Of a stretch of 64,000 nucleotides of DNA, positions 20,520 through 32,677 are shown one piece after another. Within the stretch, counting starts at the first letter, position 1; each line of letters opens with the position of its first letter. The stretch covers positions 192,001 to 256,000 of the forward strand of contig CAVYKI010000003.1 of NCBI GenBank assembly GCA_963769025.1. Direction: 5' to 3'. Source of the stretch: an uncultured Verrucomicrobiae bacterium (GTDB lineage: Bacteria > Verrucomicrobiota > Verrucomicrobiia > Chthoniobacterales > Chthoniobacteraceae). The translations under genes were made by a program, and so were the position numbers. Under the pieces are notes generated by a model. The model did no database searches. It saw nothing but the letters and a program-made list of their open reading frames with translations, and had not been told where the DNA came from.

Positions 20520-21434
20520 ATGAAACGAACATCCACACTCGCGCTCGCGACCCTCGCGGCGACGGCAATCTTCATCACCGGCTGCAACAAAAAGGGCGCA
20601 ACCGAAGGCGGAAAGTCCGGCACCGTCGCGCTGCAGAACATCGGCTCCGACACCATGGTGAATCTCGCCCAGGCATGGGCCGAGGCATACGCCCAAGTGG
20701 CGCCCGGCGTGTCCGTCGAAGTCTCCGGCGGAGGCAGCGGCATCGGCGTCGCGGCGCTCATCAACGGCACCTGCGACATCGCCAACAGCTCGCGCAGCCT
20801 CGAAAAGGAGGAGGAGGAAAAGGCCACCGCGAAATACGGCGGCAAGCATCCCGTCGAGCACCTCGTCGCCTACGATGCGCTGGCCATCTACGTGCATCCC
20901 AGCAATCCCCTGAACGAGATCTCCGTCGAGCAGCTCAGCGACCTTTTCCGCGACGGCGGCAAGATCAGCAAGTGGAGCGACCTCGGCGTCGCCGCTCCCG
21001 GCGGGCAGGACGAAATCGTGCGCATCAGCCGCCAGAACAACTCGGGCACCTACCATTACTTCCGCGAGGCGGTGCTCGGGAAAAAATCCGACTTCCGCCC
21101 CGGCTCGCGCGACATGTCCGGCTCGAAGGATGTCGTGGAACTCGTCGGCAACACGCCCGGTGCGATCGGCTACAGCGGCATCGGCTACCGGACGGACAAG
21201 GTGAAAGTCCTCAAAGTCTCGAAGAAGACCGGCGAGGCTGCGGTCGAACCAAGCATCAAGACCGCGCTCGACAAGAGCTACCCGATCGCCCGCCCGATGT
21301 TCATGTATGCGCCTCCGGGAGCGAAGCCCCAGGTGGACGCCTACCTGAAGTGGATCACCTCCGCGCCGGGCCAGGCGATCGTGATTGATAAGGGCTACAT
21401 CCCGCTCCCAGAGTTCGCGCCGAAAGACAAATAG
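20520..21434 (+). CDS. pstS: Phosphate ABC transporter substrate-binding lipoprotein
   Basis: Lipobox ITGC, GSDTM, GGGSGIG, DIANSSR, RQNNSGTY, YPIARP. Confidence 0.95.
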   Translation: MKRTSTLALATLAATAIFITGCNKKGATEGGKSGTVALQNIGSDTMVNLAQAWAEAYAQVAPGVSVEVSGGGSGIGVAALINGTCDIANSSRSLEKEEEEKATAKYGGKHPVEHLVAYDALAIYVHPSNPLNEISVEQLSDLFRDGGKISKWSDLGVAAPGGQDEIVRISRQNNSGTYHYFREAVLGKKSDFRPGSRDMSGSKDVVELVGNTPGAIGYSGIGYRTDKVKVLKVSKKTGEAAVEPSIKTALDKSYPIARPMFMYAPPGAKPQVDAYLKWITSAPGQAIVIDKGYIPLPEFAPKDK

Positions 21435-21451
21435 CAACCCCGATTTGAATC

Positions 21452-21491
21452 AAGGACGGGCGGTGACTTGCCAGCACCGCCCGCCTTTTTT
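21452..21491 (+). terminator. Intrinsic terminator / stabilising hairpin between pstS and pstC
   Basis: GGGCGGTG-acttgccag-CACCGCCC stem followed by GCC and TTTTTT. Confidence 0.75.
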
Positions 21492-21509
21492 CGTTCAGCG
21501 AAAGCCCTG

Positions 21510-22806
21510 ATGCACGCCCAGATCCAGACACCGCCCAAGCAGGCCGCCACGGTCGCCGTTCACACGGCGCTCGTGCTCCTCTGCGCCGCGGTCACGGTCG
21601 CGCTCGGGTGGTTCGCCGCCGGCGGCGCGCAGGCCCGCGCTGCGAACGGCTCATGGCTCGCCGAGGGCTGGCTGGGGCTGGGCGCATTTGCCGGATTCCT
21701 CGCGAGCGCCTTCATCGCGCGACGCGGACGGGTCGTGGAATGGGCCGGCATCCTCGCCTGGCTGGCTGTGCTCGCGGCATTCCCGCTCGTCCATGCGCTG
21801 TCCGGCCGATCGTTCCTGCCGTACTGCGGGCTCACCTTCGTCTTTCTCTTTGCCGCGCTGCATCTCGGCGGCTTCCTCGCGTCGGAGATCGGGGGCTTTG
21901 CGCACGACGGCTTCATCGAGCGCCCCATCCGCATCGCGGGCATCAGCGCGATCGTCTTCGTCTTCGGCATCTTCTTCTTCGTCTTCCGCGAAGGCGGCCC
22001 GATCCTCTGGGAAAAGGGGACGAACTTCAGCCTCTCGCAGTTCCTCAGCAGCCCCGATTGGTTTCCCACGTCATTGGGAAACAAACGCTACGGCGTGCTG
22101 CTGCTGATCATCGGCACGCTGAGCGTGACCGTCCTCGCGATCCTCATCGCCGTTCCGTTCGCGCTCGGCGGGGCGATTTTCCTCTCCGAGTTCTGCACGG
22201 GAAAGCTGCGCGAGTGGATGAAGATCATCATCGAACTGCTGGCCGCCATTCCCGAGCATCGTCTGGGGCTTCATCGGCATCACGGTGATCAATCCGCTGA
22301 TCATCAAACTGTTCGGCGTCTCCATCGGCCTGAACGTCCTGAACGCCGCATTCATCCTCGCCCTCATGGCCATGCCCATCATGGTCAGCATCGGCGAAGA
22401 CGCGCTCAAGGCCGTCCCGGACAGCTACCGCGAGGCCGCGACCGCGCTCGGCGCCACGCGCTGGCAGATGATTTACCGCGTGCTCCTGCCCGCGGGAAAA
22501 AACGGCCTGCTCGCCGCAGTCCTCCTCGGCGTCGGACGCGCGGTGGGCGAGACGATGGCCGTGCTCATGGCCACCGGGCATTCGATCAACAACCCGTTCA
22601 TCAAGGACGGCTCGTTCAATTCCGCGTGGATGTTTGAAAGCTGCCGGACACTCACCGCCACCATCGCCGCGGAACTTGGCGAAGCCAGCGAGCACAGCCC
22701 GCACTACCGGGTCCTCTTCATGATCGGCATCCTGCTGCTCGGCACCACCTTCGTCATCAATCTCGTCGCCGACCTCGTCGTGAAAGGCGTCCGCAAACAG
22801 AAATGA
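21510..22806 (+). CDS. pstC: Phosphate ABC transporter permease PstC with extra N-terminal TM region; one frameshift near 22252
   Basis: IELLAAIP / SIVWGFIG across the shift, EDALKAVPDSYREAATALGATRWQ, GRAVGETMAV. Confidence 0.9.
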
Positions 22807-23720
22807 GCACGCCCGCCGCCACCACGATCCGCGAACCGTTCACCGTCACCGACCACGTGCGGCGCAAGATGAAGCACGAGAAGATCGCCCGCGCCATCTT
22901 CGCGACCATGGTCGTGCTGATGCTGGTGCCGCTCTTCGCGATCCTCTACCACGTCATCTCGAAGGGCGCGCCGCTGATCGACTGGGATTTCCTGACCACC
23001 AATCCCCGGAAGGGCATGACGCAGGGCGGCATCTGGAGCGCACTCCTCGGCACGATCTGGCTCGTCATCGTGTCACTCGCGATCAGCGCCCCGCTCGGCG
23101 TGCTCGCCGCCGTGTACCTGAACGAATACGCGAAGGACAACTGGCTCACCCGCGTGGTGAACCTCGCCGTGGTGAACCTCGCCGGCGTCCCCAGCATCGT
23201 CCACGCACTCTTCGGCCTCGGCGCGTTCGTGCTCTTCTTTGAAATGGGCCGCTCCGTGCTTGCCGCCTCGCTCACGCTGGCGGTGATGACCATGCCCGTC
23301 GTCATCACCTCCACCCGCGAGGCGCTCGGCGCGGTGCCGCTGAGCTTCCGCGAGGCGTGCTGGAACGTCGGGGCCACCAACTGGCAGACCATCCGCAGCA
23401 TCGTCCTGCCCAATTCGATCAGCGGCATCCTGACGGGCGTCATCCTCGAAATCAGCCGCAAGGCCGGCGAGACCGTGCCCATCATGTTCACCGGTGCCGT
23501 CTTTTTCCGGAACATCGCCGAGGGCGACTTCTTCGCCTACAGCGTGAACGACCAGTGCATGGCCCTCTCCATGCACCTCTACACCGTCACCACGCAGGTC
23601 AACGGCGCGCCGCCCGCGCTGCCCTTCGCCGTGGCGACCGTGCTCATCGTCTCCATCATCCTGATCAACACGACCGCCATCTCGGTCCGCGCGTGGCTGC
23701 GCTCCCGCAAGAAATGGTAA
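22803..23720 (+). CDS. pstA: Phosphate ABC transporter permease PstA
   Basis: AAVYLNEYA, NLAGVPSIV, REALGAVP, AGETVP; ATGA overlap with pstC. Confidence 0.93.
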   Translation: MSTPAATTIREPFTVTDHVRRKMKHEKIARAIFATMVVLMLVPLFAILYHVISKGAPLIDWDFLTTNPRKGMTQGGIWSALLGTIWLVIVSLAISAPLGVLAAVYLNEYAKDNWLTRVVNLAVVNLAGVPSIVHALFGLGAFVLFFEMGRSVLAASLTLAVMTMPVVITSTREALGAVPLSFREACWNVGATNWQTIRSIVLPNSISGILTGVILEISRKAGETVPIMFTGAVFFRNIAEGDFFAYSVNDQCMALSMHLYTVTTQVNGAPPALPFAVATVLIVSIILINTTAISVRAWLRSRKKW

Positions 23721-23725
23721 CCTCG

Positions 23726-24490
23726 ATGTCCGACACCTTGAAAAAGATCGAAGTCGAGAATCTCCGGCTCAGCTATGGGGCAAAGGAGGTCATCCACGGC
23801 ATCTCGTTTCACATCGAGCCGAACGAAATCCTCGGCGTCATCGGCCCCGCGCAAAGCGGCAAGACCTCGCTGCTGCGGTGCATCAACCGGACGATCGAAT
23901 TCACCGCCGGCGCAAAGCCGAGCGGCGTCATCCGCGTGGACGGGACGGACGTGATGGACATGAGGAACGTGTACGAGCTGCGCCGTCGCGTCGGCATGGT
24001 CGCGCCGCTGCCGGTCGGCCTGCCGCTGAGCATCTACGACAACGTCGCCTTCGCCCCGCGCGCCGCCGGCATGAGGCGGAAGAGCGAGCTCGATGTGCTC
24101 GTGGAAAAATGCCTCACGCAGGCCGCGCTGTGGGACGAGGTGAAGGATCGGCTCGACTCGCTCGGCACGAAACTGAGCGGCGGCCAGCAGCAGCGACTCA
24201 CCATCGCGCGCGCGCTTTCGCACAGCCCGGAGATTCTGTGCCTCGACGAGTTCAGCATCGCCATCGACCCCGTGACCACGATGCGGATCGAGGACGTGCT
24301 CAAGGAGCTGAAGAAGGACATGACCATCATCCTCGTGACGAACCTCGTGCAGCAGGCCCGCCGCCTCGCTGCGCGCACGATGTTCCTGTGGAATGGCGAA
24401 ATCATCGAGCTCGGCCCGACCGAGCAGCTCTTCGGCGACAGCCCGAAGGACAAACGCACGTATGACTACGTGAACGGGATTTTCGGATGA
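23726..24490 (+). CDS. pstB: Phosphate ABC transporter ATP-binding protein, paralogue 1 (degenerate Walker A, Q-loop and H-switch)
   Basis: GPAQSGKTS, LSIYDNVAF, AALWDEVKDRL, LSGGQQQRL, CLDEFS, VTNL; alternative start at 23714. Confidence 0.88.
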   Translation: MSDTLKKIEVENLRLSYGAKEVIHGISFHIEPNEILGVIGPAQSGKTSLLRCINRTIEFTAGAKPSGVIRVDGTDVMDMRNVYELRRRVGMVAPLPVGLPLSIYDNVAFAPRAAGMRRKSELDVLVEKCLTQAALWDEVKDRLDSLGTKLSGGQQQRLTIARALSHSPEILCLDEFSIAIDPVTTMRIEDVLKELKKDMTIILVTNLVQQARRLAARTMFLWNGEIIELGPTEQLFGDSPKDKRTYDYVNGIFG

Positions 24491-25259
24491 ACGACCCGCA
24501 GCACAGCATCACCACCCGCGACGTGAAGCTCTGGTATGGAAAATTCCAGGCGCTCAAGGGCATCAACGTGGACATCAAGCACGGCAAGATCACCTCGCTC
24601 ATCGGCCCGAGCGGCTGCGGAAAGACGACGCTGCTGCGCTGCTTCAACCGCGTGAACGAGCGCTACGGCAACGTGACCACGACCGGCGAAATCAAGCTGC
24701 TCGGCAAAAACATCTACGACGCCGACGTCTCGCTCATCGAGCTGCGCAAGTCCGTCGGCATGGTCTTCCAGCGGCCGAATCCGCTGCCGCTTTCCATTTA
24801 CGAGAACGTCGTCTTCGGCCTGCGCATCCACGCGGATTCGAAGCCAAGCCGCAGCGATCTCGACGATGCCGTGGAAAAGGCGCTCACGGAAACCGGGCTC
24901 TGGGCGGACCTGAAGGATCGCCTGCACGACCGCGCCATCGGCCTCCAGCTCGAGCAGCAGCAGAAGCTCTGCATCGCACGCCTGCTTCCGCTGAAGCCGC
25001 GAGATCATCCTCATGGACGAGCCGTGCTCGGCGCTCGACGTGGACGGCACGCGCGCCATCGAGGAGCTGATGTGGAGCCTCGCGGGCCGCTACACGATCG
25101 TCATCGTCACGCACAACATGGCGCAGGCCCGCCGCGCGAGCAACGAGATGCATCTTCATGCTCATGGGCGAACTCATCGAGCACTCGCGCACCGAGGATC
25201 TTTTCCTGACCCCGCGGGACAGCAGGACAGCCGAGTACATCGAAGGCCGCTACGGATAG
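24487..25259 (+). CDS. pstB: Phosphate ABC transporter ATP-binding protein, paralogue 2 (degenerate signature); frameshifts near 25000 and 25148
   Basis: [47 protein letters not shown]; ends [14 protein letters not shown] at 25257-25259. Confidence 0.88.
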
Positions 25260-25324
25260 CCGCACAGGGAGCGGCCCCATTTTCCACTGGCGCAGAGGGG
25301 ACATGCGCAGTTCACTCCCGCCCA

Positions 25325-26041
25325 ATGTCCAAAGCGCTCCGCATCCTCCTCGCCGCCCTCGCGCTGGTCGGCCCGCAATTTTCCAAAGCCGCCAGCCCTC
25401 AGGAACCGCGCGAGCCGGGCGAATACATCATCATCGCCGGCGGCGTGGCGCTTCATGTGTGGGAAAAATGGAAGGCCCAGCCGCATGACAACTGGTGGGC
25501 GAATTTCGTCCGCGCCTCGCGGATCCGCATCGAGCAAATCCAGAAGGCAAACCCGGCCCAGCAGATCACCTGGCTGGTGTACCGGCCCGCGTACATCACC
25601 CGTTCGCGACAGGACAACCGCGACTACACGAATCTCATCACGAGCGTCCGTGACACGTTTCACGTCCGGCTGATGTGGTTTGAGTCCACATCGCAGCTTG
25701 TGAACTACATCAACCGCGGCCAGCCCCGGGATCGCGTGAAAATCAACGGCCTCGAGTACTTCGGCCACAGCAACAAGGCGTGTTTCCTGTTCGACTACTC
25801 CAACATCATCGACAGCGCCTCGAAGGTCTGGCTTCACGAAAATGAGCTTACGAAGATCAACCGTGGCATTTTCACACGCGACGCACTCGTACGGAGCTGG
25901 GGCTGCCACACGGGCGAAAGCATGTCGGCAAAATTCCGCTCGGCGACCGGCGTTCCCATGTGGGGCCTCACGGGCAAGAGCCAGTACCTGACCGAGGAAC
26001 TCCCCATCCCATCGACCGCCGCCGGCCGCTGGATACGCTGA
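25325..26041 (+). CDS. Hypothetical secreted protein with possible His-Cys dyad
   Basis: Signal peptide [24 protein letters not shown] and VRSWGCHTG motifs. Confidence 0.75.
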   Translation: MSKALRILLAALALVGPQFSKAASPQEPREPGEYIIIAGGVALHVWEKWKAQPHDNWWANFVRASRIRIEQIQKANPAQQITWLVYRPAYITRSRQDNRDYTNLITSVRDTFHVRLMWFESTSQLVNYINRGQPRDRVKINGLEYFGHSNKACFLFDYSNIIDSASKVWLHENELTKINRGIFTRDALVRSWGCHTGESMSAKFRSATGVPMWGLTGKSQYLTEELPIPSTAAGRWIR

Positions 26042-26073
26042 CGGCAACTTCCGCACGCTTTTCCAAAACTCCA

Positions 26074-27079
26074 ATGCAACTCCGCGATCTGCAGGCCATC
26101 TACGAAACACCATTCTTCGATCTCATCGGCCGCGCGCGGGAGGTCTATCTCGCGCATTGGAAAATGAACGAGGTGCAGCTCTGCACGCTGCTCTCGATCA
26201 AGACCGGCGGCTGCTCGGAGGACTGCGGCTACTGCGCGCAGAGCGCCCGCTACAACACGGGCGTGGAAGCGCGAGACGCTGATGGAACCCGACGCCATCG
26301 ATGGCCGTCGCGCATCGCGCGCGGGAAAACGGCTCGACGCGCTTCTGCATGGGCGCGGCGTGGAAGGGCGTGCGCGACGGCGACGCGAAATTCGAGCAGG
26401 TGCTCGAGCACCATGCGCGACGTCAGCAAGCTCGGCATGGAAGTCTGCGTCACCCTCGGCCAGCTCGGCGCTCGCCGAGGCGCGCAAGCTCAAGGACGCC
26501 GGCGTCACCGCCTACAATCACAACATCGACACCTCGCCGGAGCATTACCCGAAGATCGTCACCACGCACACCTTCCAGGATCGCCTCGAACACCATCAGC
26601 CACGTGCAGCACGCCGGCATGGACGTCTGCTGCGGCGGCATCATCGGCCTCGGCGAGACCGATCGACGACCGCCTGAAGATGCTCGAGGTGCTCACGAAC
26701 TTCGACCCCGCCGCCCGAGAGCGTGCCGATCAACTGCCTCATGCCCATGCCCGGCACGCCGCTCGAGGAGCAGCCGCCCGTGGATATCTTCGAGCTCGTG
26801 CGCCTCATCGCCACCACGCGCATCGCGCTGCCGCAGCGCCAAGGTCCGCCTCAGCGCCGGCCGCACGCGCCTCACCGCGAAGGCCAGGCGCTCTGCTTCT
26901 TCGCCGGCGCGAATTCCATTTTCTACGGCGACAAACTCCTCACCGCCGCCAACCCCGGCAAGGACGACGACCGCGCGCTGCTCCACGAACTCGACCTCAA
27001 GCCACAGGCCCCCTTCATCAGCGAACATCCCGCCGGAACCGAGCACGAGTGCGGCTCGCCGATGGCGTGCCTGACGTAG
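26074..27079 (+). CDS. bioB: Biotin synthase, interrupted by many frameshifts (probably sequencing errors)
   Basis: [70 protein letters not shown] distributed over all three frames. Confidence 0.92.
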
Positions 27080-27158
27080 CAAGGCCGGACTCCCTCCCCG
27101 TCTCGTCGGCCCGCCCGCCAAAGATGCCGCGCGGTCGCCAGTCCCGCCTGCCTTGAGG

Positions 27159-27233
<75 letters not shown>

Positions 27234-27407
27234 ATCTCAAGGGCGCGGAATGAAACGCCGCATGCCTCGGATGGCAAGCCGAATTCGGCAATTTTGGAAA
27301 ATGACGGGGTGAAACTCCGAAGTCGGGACATCGTCCGGCCGGTCACCGGATCGGTGCGATGCCGGGGCGCTTCATTCAAAAGCCACCGCCGATTTCCAAC
27401 AACGAGG

Positions 27408-27914
27408 TCACTTCGAGCCAGACTCCGGACCGCTGGCCTTCAGCTGCTTGATGACGTCCTTGAATTTGTCCGCGTTGCGGGGATCCGCGACGACACACGC
27501 GGTATGAGCGTCCAGCATCGCTTCCCGGGTGGAGGCGACGTCGCCGGGGTGGAAGATGGGCTCCGCGCGCTCCGCGGGCCTGCTGGAAGGAACCGGCTTG
27601 TCGCAAAAGAGCGGGTCGAGCCCGAGGCCTGCGAGCAGGTCTGCGTTGCGCTCGTTGCGATTCACCACCCAGAGCGCGCCGCTTCCGAGATCGCGAAGGC
27701 GGATGGCGAGACCCGCGAGCGTGCCCATGAAGGTCGAATCCATCGCCGGGCAGTTTTTCAAATCGACCACAAACTCCCGGCGGCCGTCCTCGATCGCACT
27801 GCGCGAAAAATCCTTGAGCGCCGGGCTGTTCTGAAACGAGCCCCTTCCTTCGACCCGAATCCAAACCTCTGGACCGCTCTCGGTGTCGGCGAAAATCGTG
27901 GGATGCAGGCTCAT
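27408..27914 (-). CDS. STAS domain protein (anti-sigma factor antagonist-like)
   Basis: IRVEGRGSF, VVDLKNCPAMDSTFMGTL. Confidence 0.88.
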   Translation of the reverse strand: MSLHPTIFADTESGPEVWIRVEGRGSFQNSPALKDFSRSAIEDGRREFVVDLKNCPAMDSTFMGTLAGLAIRLRDLGSGALWVVNRNERNADLLAGLGLDPLFCDKPVPSSRPAERAEPIFHPGDVASTREAMLDAHTACVVADPRNADKFKDVIKQLKASGPESGSK

Positions 27915-27996
27915 GAAGATTTACCAGAAACTTTCATCGCACCGAAACGGCTTCGGGTCAAATCACCGGTCCCGCCGGTCATTGCTCTGCGAGTCG

Positions 27997-28515
27997 TCAA
28001 TTCCACAGGAATGACTGGTGAAGTCCGACCGCTCGGCCGTTTTCGATCAAAAGAAGCCGCCATGATGTGATTTTCCCGCCCTCCTTATACTCATCGCCGG
28101 TGACAGTGAGCTTCGACTCCACCGAACCTTTCACCGCCGGGTAGCTCAGCTCCTTGGCCTGGACGTGCGAAGCTAGCTTTTCCTGCCGGTACTCGAGCCT
28201 GAGGACGATGTCGGCCTGGCGCTTCGCGCTCCACCAAATGTTGAAGTAGTAACCTTGCCGCTCGACGAGATCCACGTTCGTGATCGCCCCGTAGTTCAGG
28301 CGCTGGCGCTGGAAGATGAGCATCTGGTCCTCCGTCGGCTTTTCAAAGCGCGGGTCGTTCAGGAATTTCGTGACTTTGCGGAATGCAAAATCGTCACTCA
28401 GCGCGAGGGGCACGACGTTGGCACGGGCGATGGGAAGCTGTCGCAACGGTTCCTTTGGGGTCGTGCAGGCCGGGAGTGCTGCCGCCGCGAGAAGCGCGGC
28501 AAATAGGCGGGTCAT
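27997..28515 (-). CDS. Hypothetical lipoprotein
   Basis: MTRLFAALLAAAALPAC lipobox-like signal; 172-aa ORF. Confidence 0.72.
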   Translation of the reverse strand: MTRLFAALLAAAALPACTTPKEPLRQLPIARANVVPLALSDDFAFRKVTKFLNDPRFEKPTEDQMLIFQRQRLNYGAITNVDLVERQGYYFNIWWSAKRQADIVLRLEYRQEKLASHVQAKELSYPAVKGSVESKLTVTGDEYKEGGKITSWRLLLIENGRAVGLHQSFLWN

Positions 28516-28603
28516 GACTGCCGAGTAAAACGGGCGGGTCACGCCGTTGCAACGCCGTAAATTCCCTAGCGCCTCGCGTGAACCCTGCTACCCATCCCGA
28601 AGC

Positions 28604-29608
28604 ATGATGCACCCTCTGCTACGCACCGCGATCGCCGCCACGAGTCTCCTGGCGTGCGCGCATTCACGCGCGGCGGATCCCGCCGAGAACGCCACCAAGG
28701 CAGAGGGCGGTGACAGGCGCGATTACGTCCGCTACCTCGGCGACGACCGGCGCGGCAAACTCCAGACTGTCATCGTCACCATGAAAAAGGGGGACGTGCA
28801 GGTGGAACTCATCGGCGCTGTCCACGTCGCGGATCCGGGCTACTATAAGCAGCTCACCAAACTTTTCACCGGATACGAGGAGCTGCTCTTCGAACTCGTG
28901 GATGGCCAGAGAATGAAGCAGGATCTCGAACAGGCCGCCGCGCCCAAGCCACCGAAACGAGCCGCACCTGCCGGCCAAGGTGTGTTCCCGCCGGATGATG
29001 ACGCCGGGGAGGTGAGCGCAAAGGATCGCAGCCCGGCGTTCAAAATCATCAGCGCCTTCATGCAGGGGTTCGGCAAGTATTTTCACCTGCAATACCAGAC
29101 GGATGGCATCGACTATCACACGAAGAACTTCGTCCACGCCGACGTGAGCATGGATGAGTTCGAGCGCCTCCAGGCCGAAAAAGGCGAGTCGTTCGCGGAC
29201 CTCATCCGCAAGGCGATCGAAGCGCAGCTCGAGGTCGGCTCCGACCGGAATGCGGAGCCAAAGGGCAGCCAGCTCCTGCTAGCGCTGCTCGGCGATTCAA
29301 GCGGGCTGAAGGTCTCAATGGCACGCCAGCTCGCCGCCGCGGACGAACTCGTGGCCGTGATGGAAAGGGAAGACGGCGGCTCGGTCATCATCACCGAGCG
29401 GAACAAGAAAGCCCTGGCCGTCCTCGATCAGGAGACCGCCGCCGGGCGCAAGAATCTCGGCATCTTCTATGGCGCGGCCCATCTCGCGGACATGGAGACA
29501 GCGATGGAGAAAATGGGCTACCGCCGCACGGGCGAACGCTGGATGACCGCATGGGACATCAAGCCTCGCGCGGACGAAATCCGTCCCCCTTCCCCGACGG
29601 CGGAATAG
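28604..29608 (+). CDS. Secreted protein, TraB/GumN-like
   Basis: Signal peptide; LIGAVHVAD, LLFELV, IITERN, IFYGAAHL. Confidence 0.65.
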   Translation: MMHPLLRTAIAATSLLACAHSRAADPAENATKAEGGDRRDYVRYLGDDRRGKLQTVIVTMKKGDVQVELIGAVHVADPGYYKQLTKLFTGYEELLFELVDGQRMKQDLEQAAAPKPPKRAAPAGQGVFPPDDDAGEVSAKDRSPAFKIISAFMQGFGKYFHLQYQTDGIDYHTKNFVHADVSMDEFERLQAEKGESFADLIRKAIEAQLEVGSDRNAEPKGSQLLLALLGDSSGLKVSMARQLAAADELVAVMEREDGGSVIITERNKKALAVLDQETAAGRKNLGIFYGAAHLADMETAMEKMGYRRTGERWMTAWDIKPRADEIRPPSPTAE

Positions 29609-29693
29609 CGCGCCTTTCCGCGGGCGTCTGCCCACGCGCCCGGCACAAATCCCCGTGTCGCGCACAGGAATCGCTTTGGTCACTGGCAGCACC

Positions 29694-30155
29694 ATGCCCG
29701 AAGTCCTAGCCCTCAGCACTGCCCAGCCCGCGCGCACCCGCGGCGGCGAGCCATTCGTCGCATATCTCCGCGAACTGACGGAATGCTGGATCGGCGGCCT
29801 CGTCACGGACGAGGACTACGCCTACCAGCGCGCGGAAAAACTTGCCGCCCTCCTCCGTCCCACCCGCTTCCTGTGGATTGCGTCAGCCATCGGCGGATTG
29901 GTCATCGGCGCGCTTGCAGGCCCCGTCACATGGCATTTTACGAGCGACTGGCGCGCCACCGCAGGCGTCGCGACCGTCGCCGGGATGTGGGGCCTCACCT
30001 CGCTCGGGAGGCTGCTGCGGGAAAAATTCATCGAGCTCCAGCTCCGCGAACGGAGAAAGATCCTCGTGGCGCTTCTCGAAAACGATCTGCTGACCGCGAC
30101 TGAATTTGCCGACTACGACGACCGTCTGGCCGAAGACCGCACGGGCGTCATCTAG
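29694..30155 (+). CDS. Hypothetical membrane protein
   Basis: Two hydrophobic segments; fills the gap between flanking genes. Confidence 0.6.
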   Translation: MPEVLALSTAQPARTRGGEPFVAYLRELTECWIGGLVTDEDYAYQRAEKLAALLRPTRFLWIASAIGGLVIGALAGPVTWHFTSDWRATAGVATVAGMWGLTSLGRLLREKFIELQLRERRKILVALLENDLLTATEFADYDDRLAEDRTGVI

Positions 30156-30160
30156 GCCGT

Positions 30161-31987
<1,827 letters not shown>

Positions 31988-32099
31988 CCGCGCACCTACC
32001 CCGCGCCTGCGCGTTAAGCGAACGAAATCCTCCGGGTGTCCCTCGAAGACGCGCCGCGAAGCGGGCAAATCGTCCACGCCCCCGAACCGCCGCTCAGGT

Positions 32100-32609
32100 T
32101 CAGGCGACCCGGGCCATCATGCCGGATCCACTCGCGTGGACGGACACCACATCGCGCGGCTCAAGGGAACCTCTGTCTCCGGACCGCAGCCGGTGCCTGG
32201 CGAGTTCCAGCACGGCCATCGCGAGCCGAAAACCCGCCGAGGGACACGAGTGCCCCAGCATGCGAATCAGCACGCTCGTGATGGTCACCACCGTGCAATC
32301 CGTCACCGCGACCACGTCGGCGCTGTGGCGCTCATTTTTCAAAAGCGCCATCTCGCCGAAAAAGTCACCGGCCTTGAACCGCGTGCATCGGAGGTCGAAC
32401 GCATCCGGGAAACGGGTGACAGCCTGGGCCTCCCCCTCGGCCACCACGAACATCGCACCCCCGAGATCGTCCTTGAGGACAATCTCCATGCCCGCCGGAA
32501 AAAGGCGGGGCTCCGCGAGGTTGAGCAGGCCATCCATATCCGAAGGACTGAAGTCCCGAAACAGGGAGCAGCCCATCAGCTTTGAAGTCGCAGGATGATG
32601 CACCGTCAT
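32100..32609 (-). CDS. Cyclic nucleotide-binding domain protein
   Basis: LFRDFS, MFVVAEG, GDFFGEMALL, HSADVVA. Confidence 0.78.
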   Translation of the reverse strand: MTVHHPATSKLMGCSLFRDFSPSDMDGLLNLAEPRLFPAGMEIVLKDDLGGAMFVVAEGEAQAVTRFPDAFDLRCTRFKAGDFFGEMALLKNERHSADVVAVTDCTVVTITSVLIRMLGHSCPSAGFRLAMAVLELARHRLRSGDRGSLEPRDVVSVHASGSGMMARVA

Positions 32610-32677
32610 GCCTCTGACAGGAGCAGGACGGATACCGGATTGTGCATGAAATGAATCCGCACGATGCTCTGCGCCCA

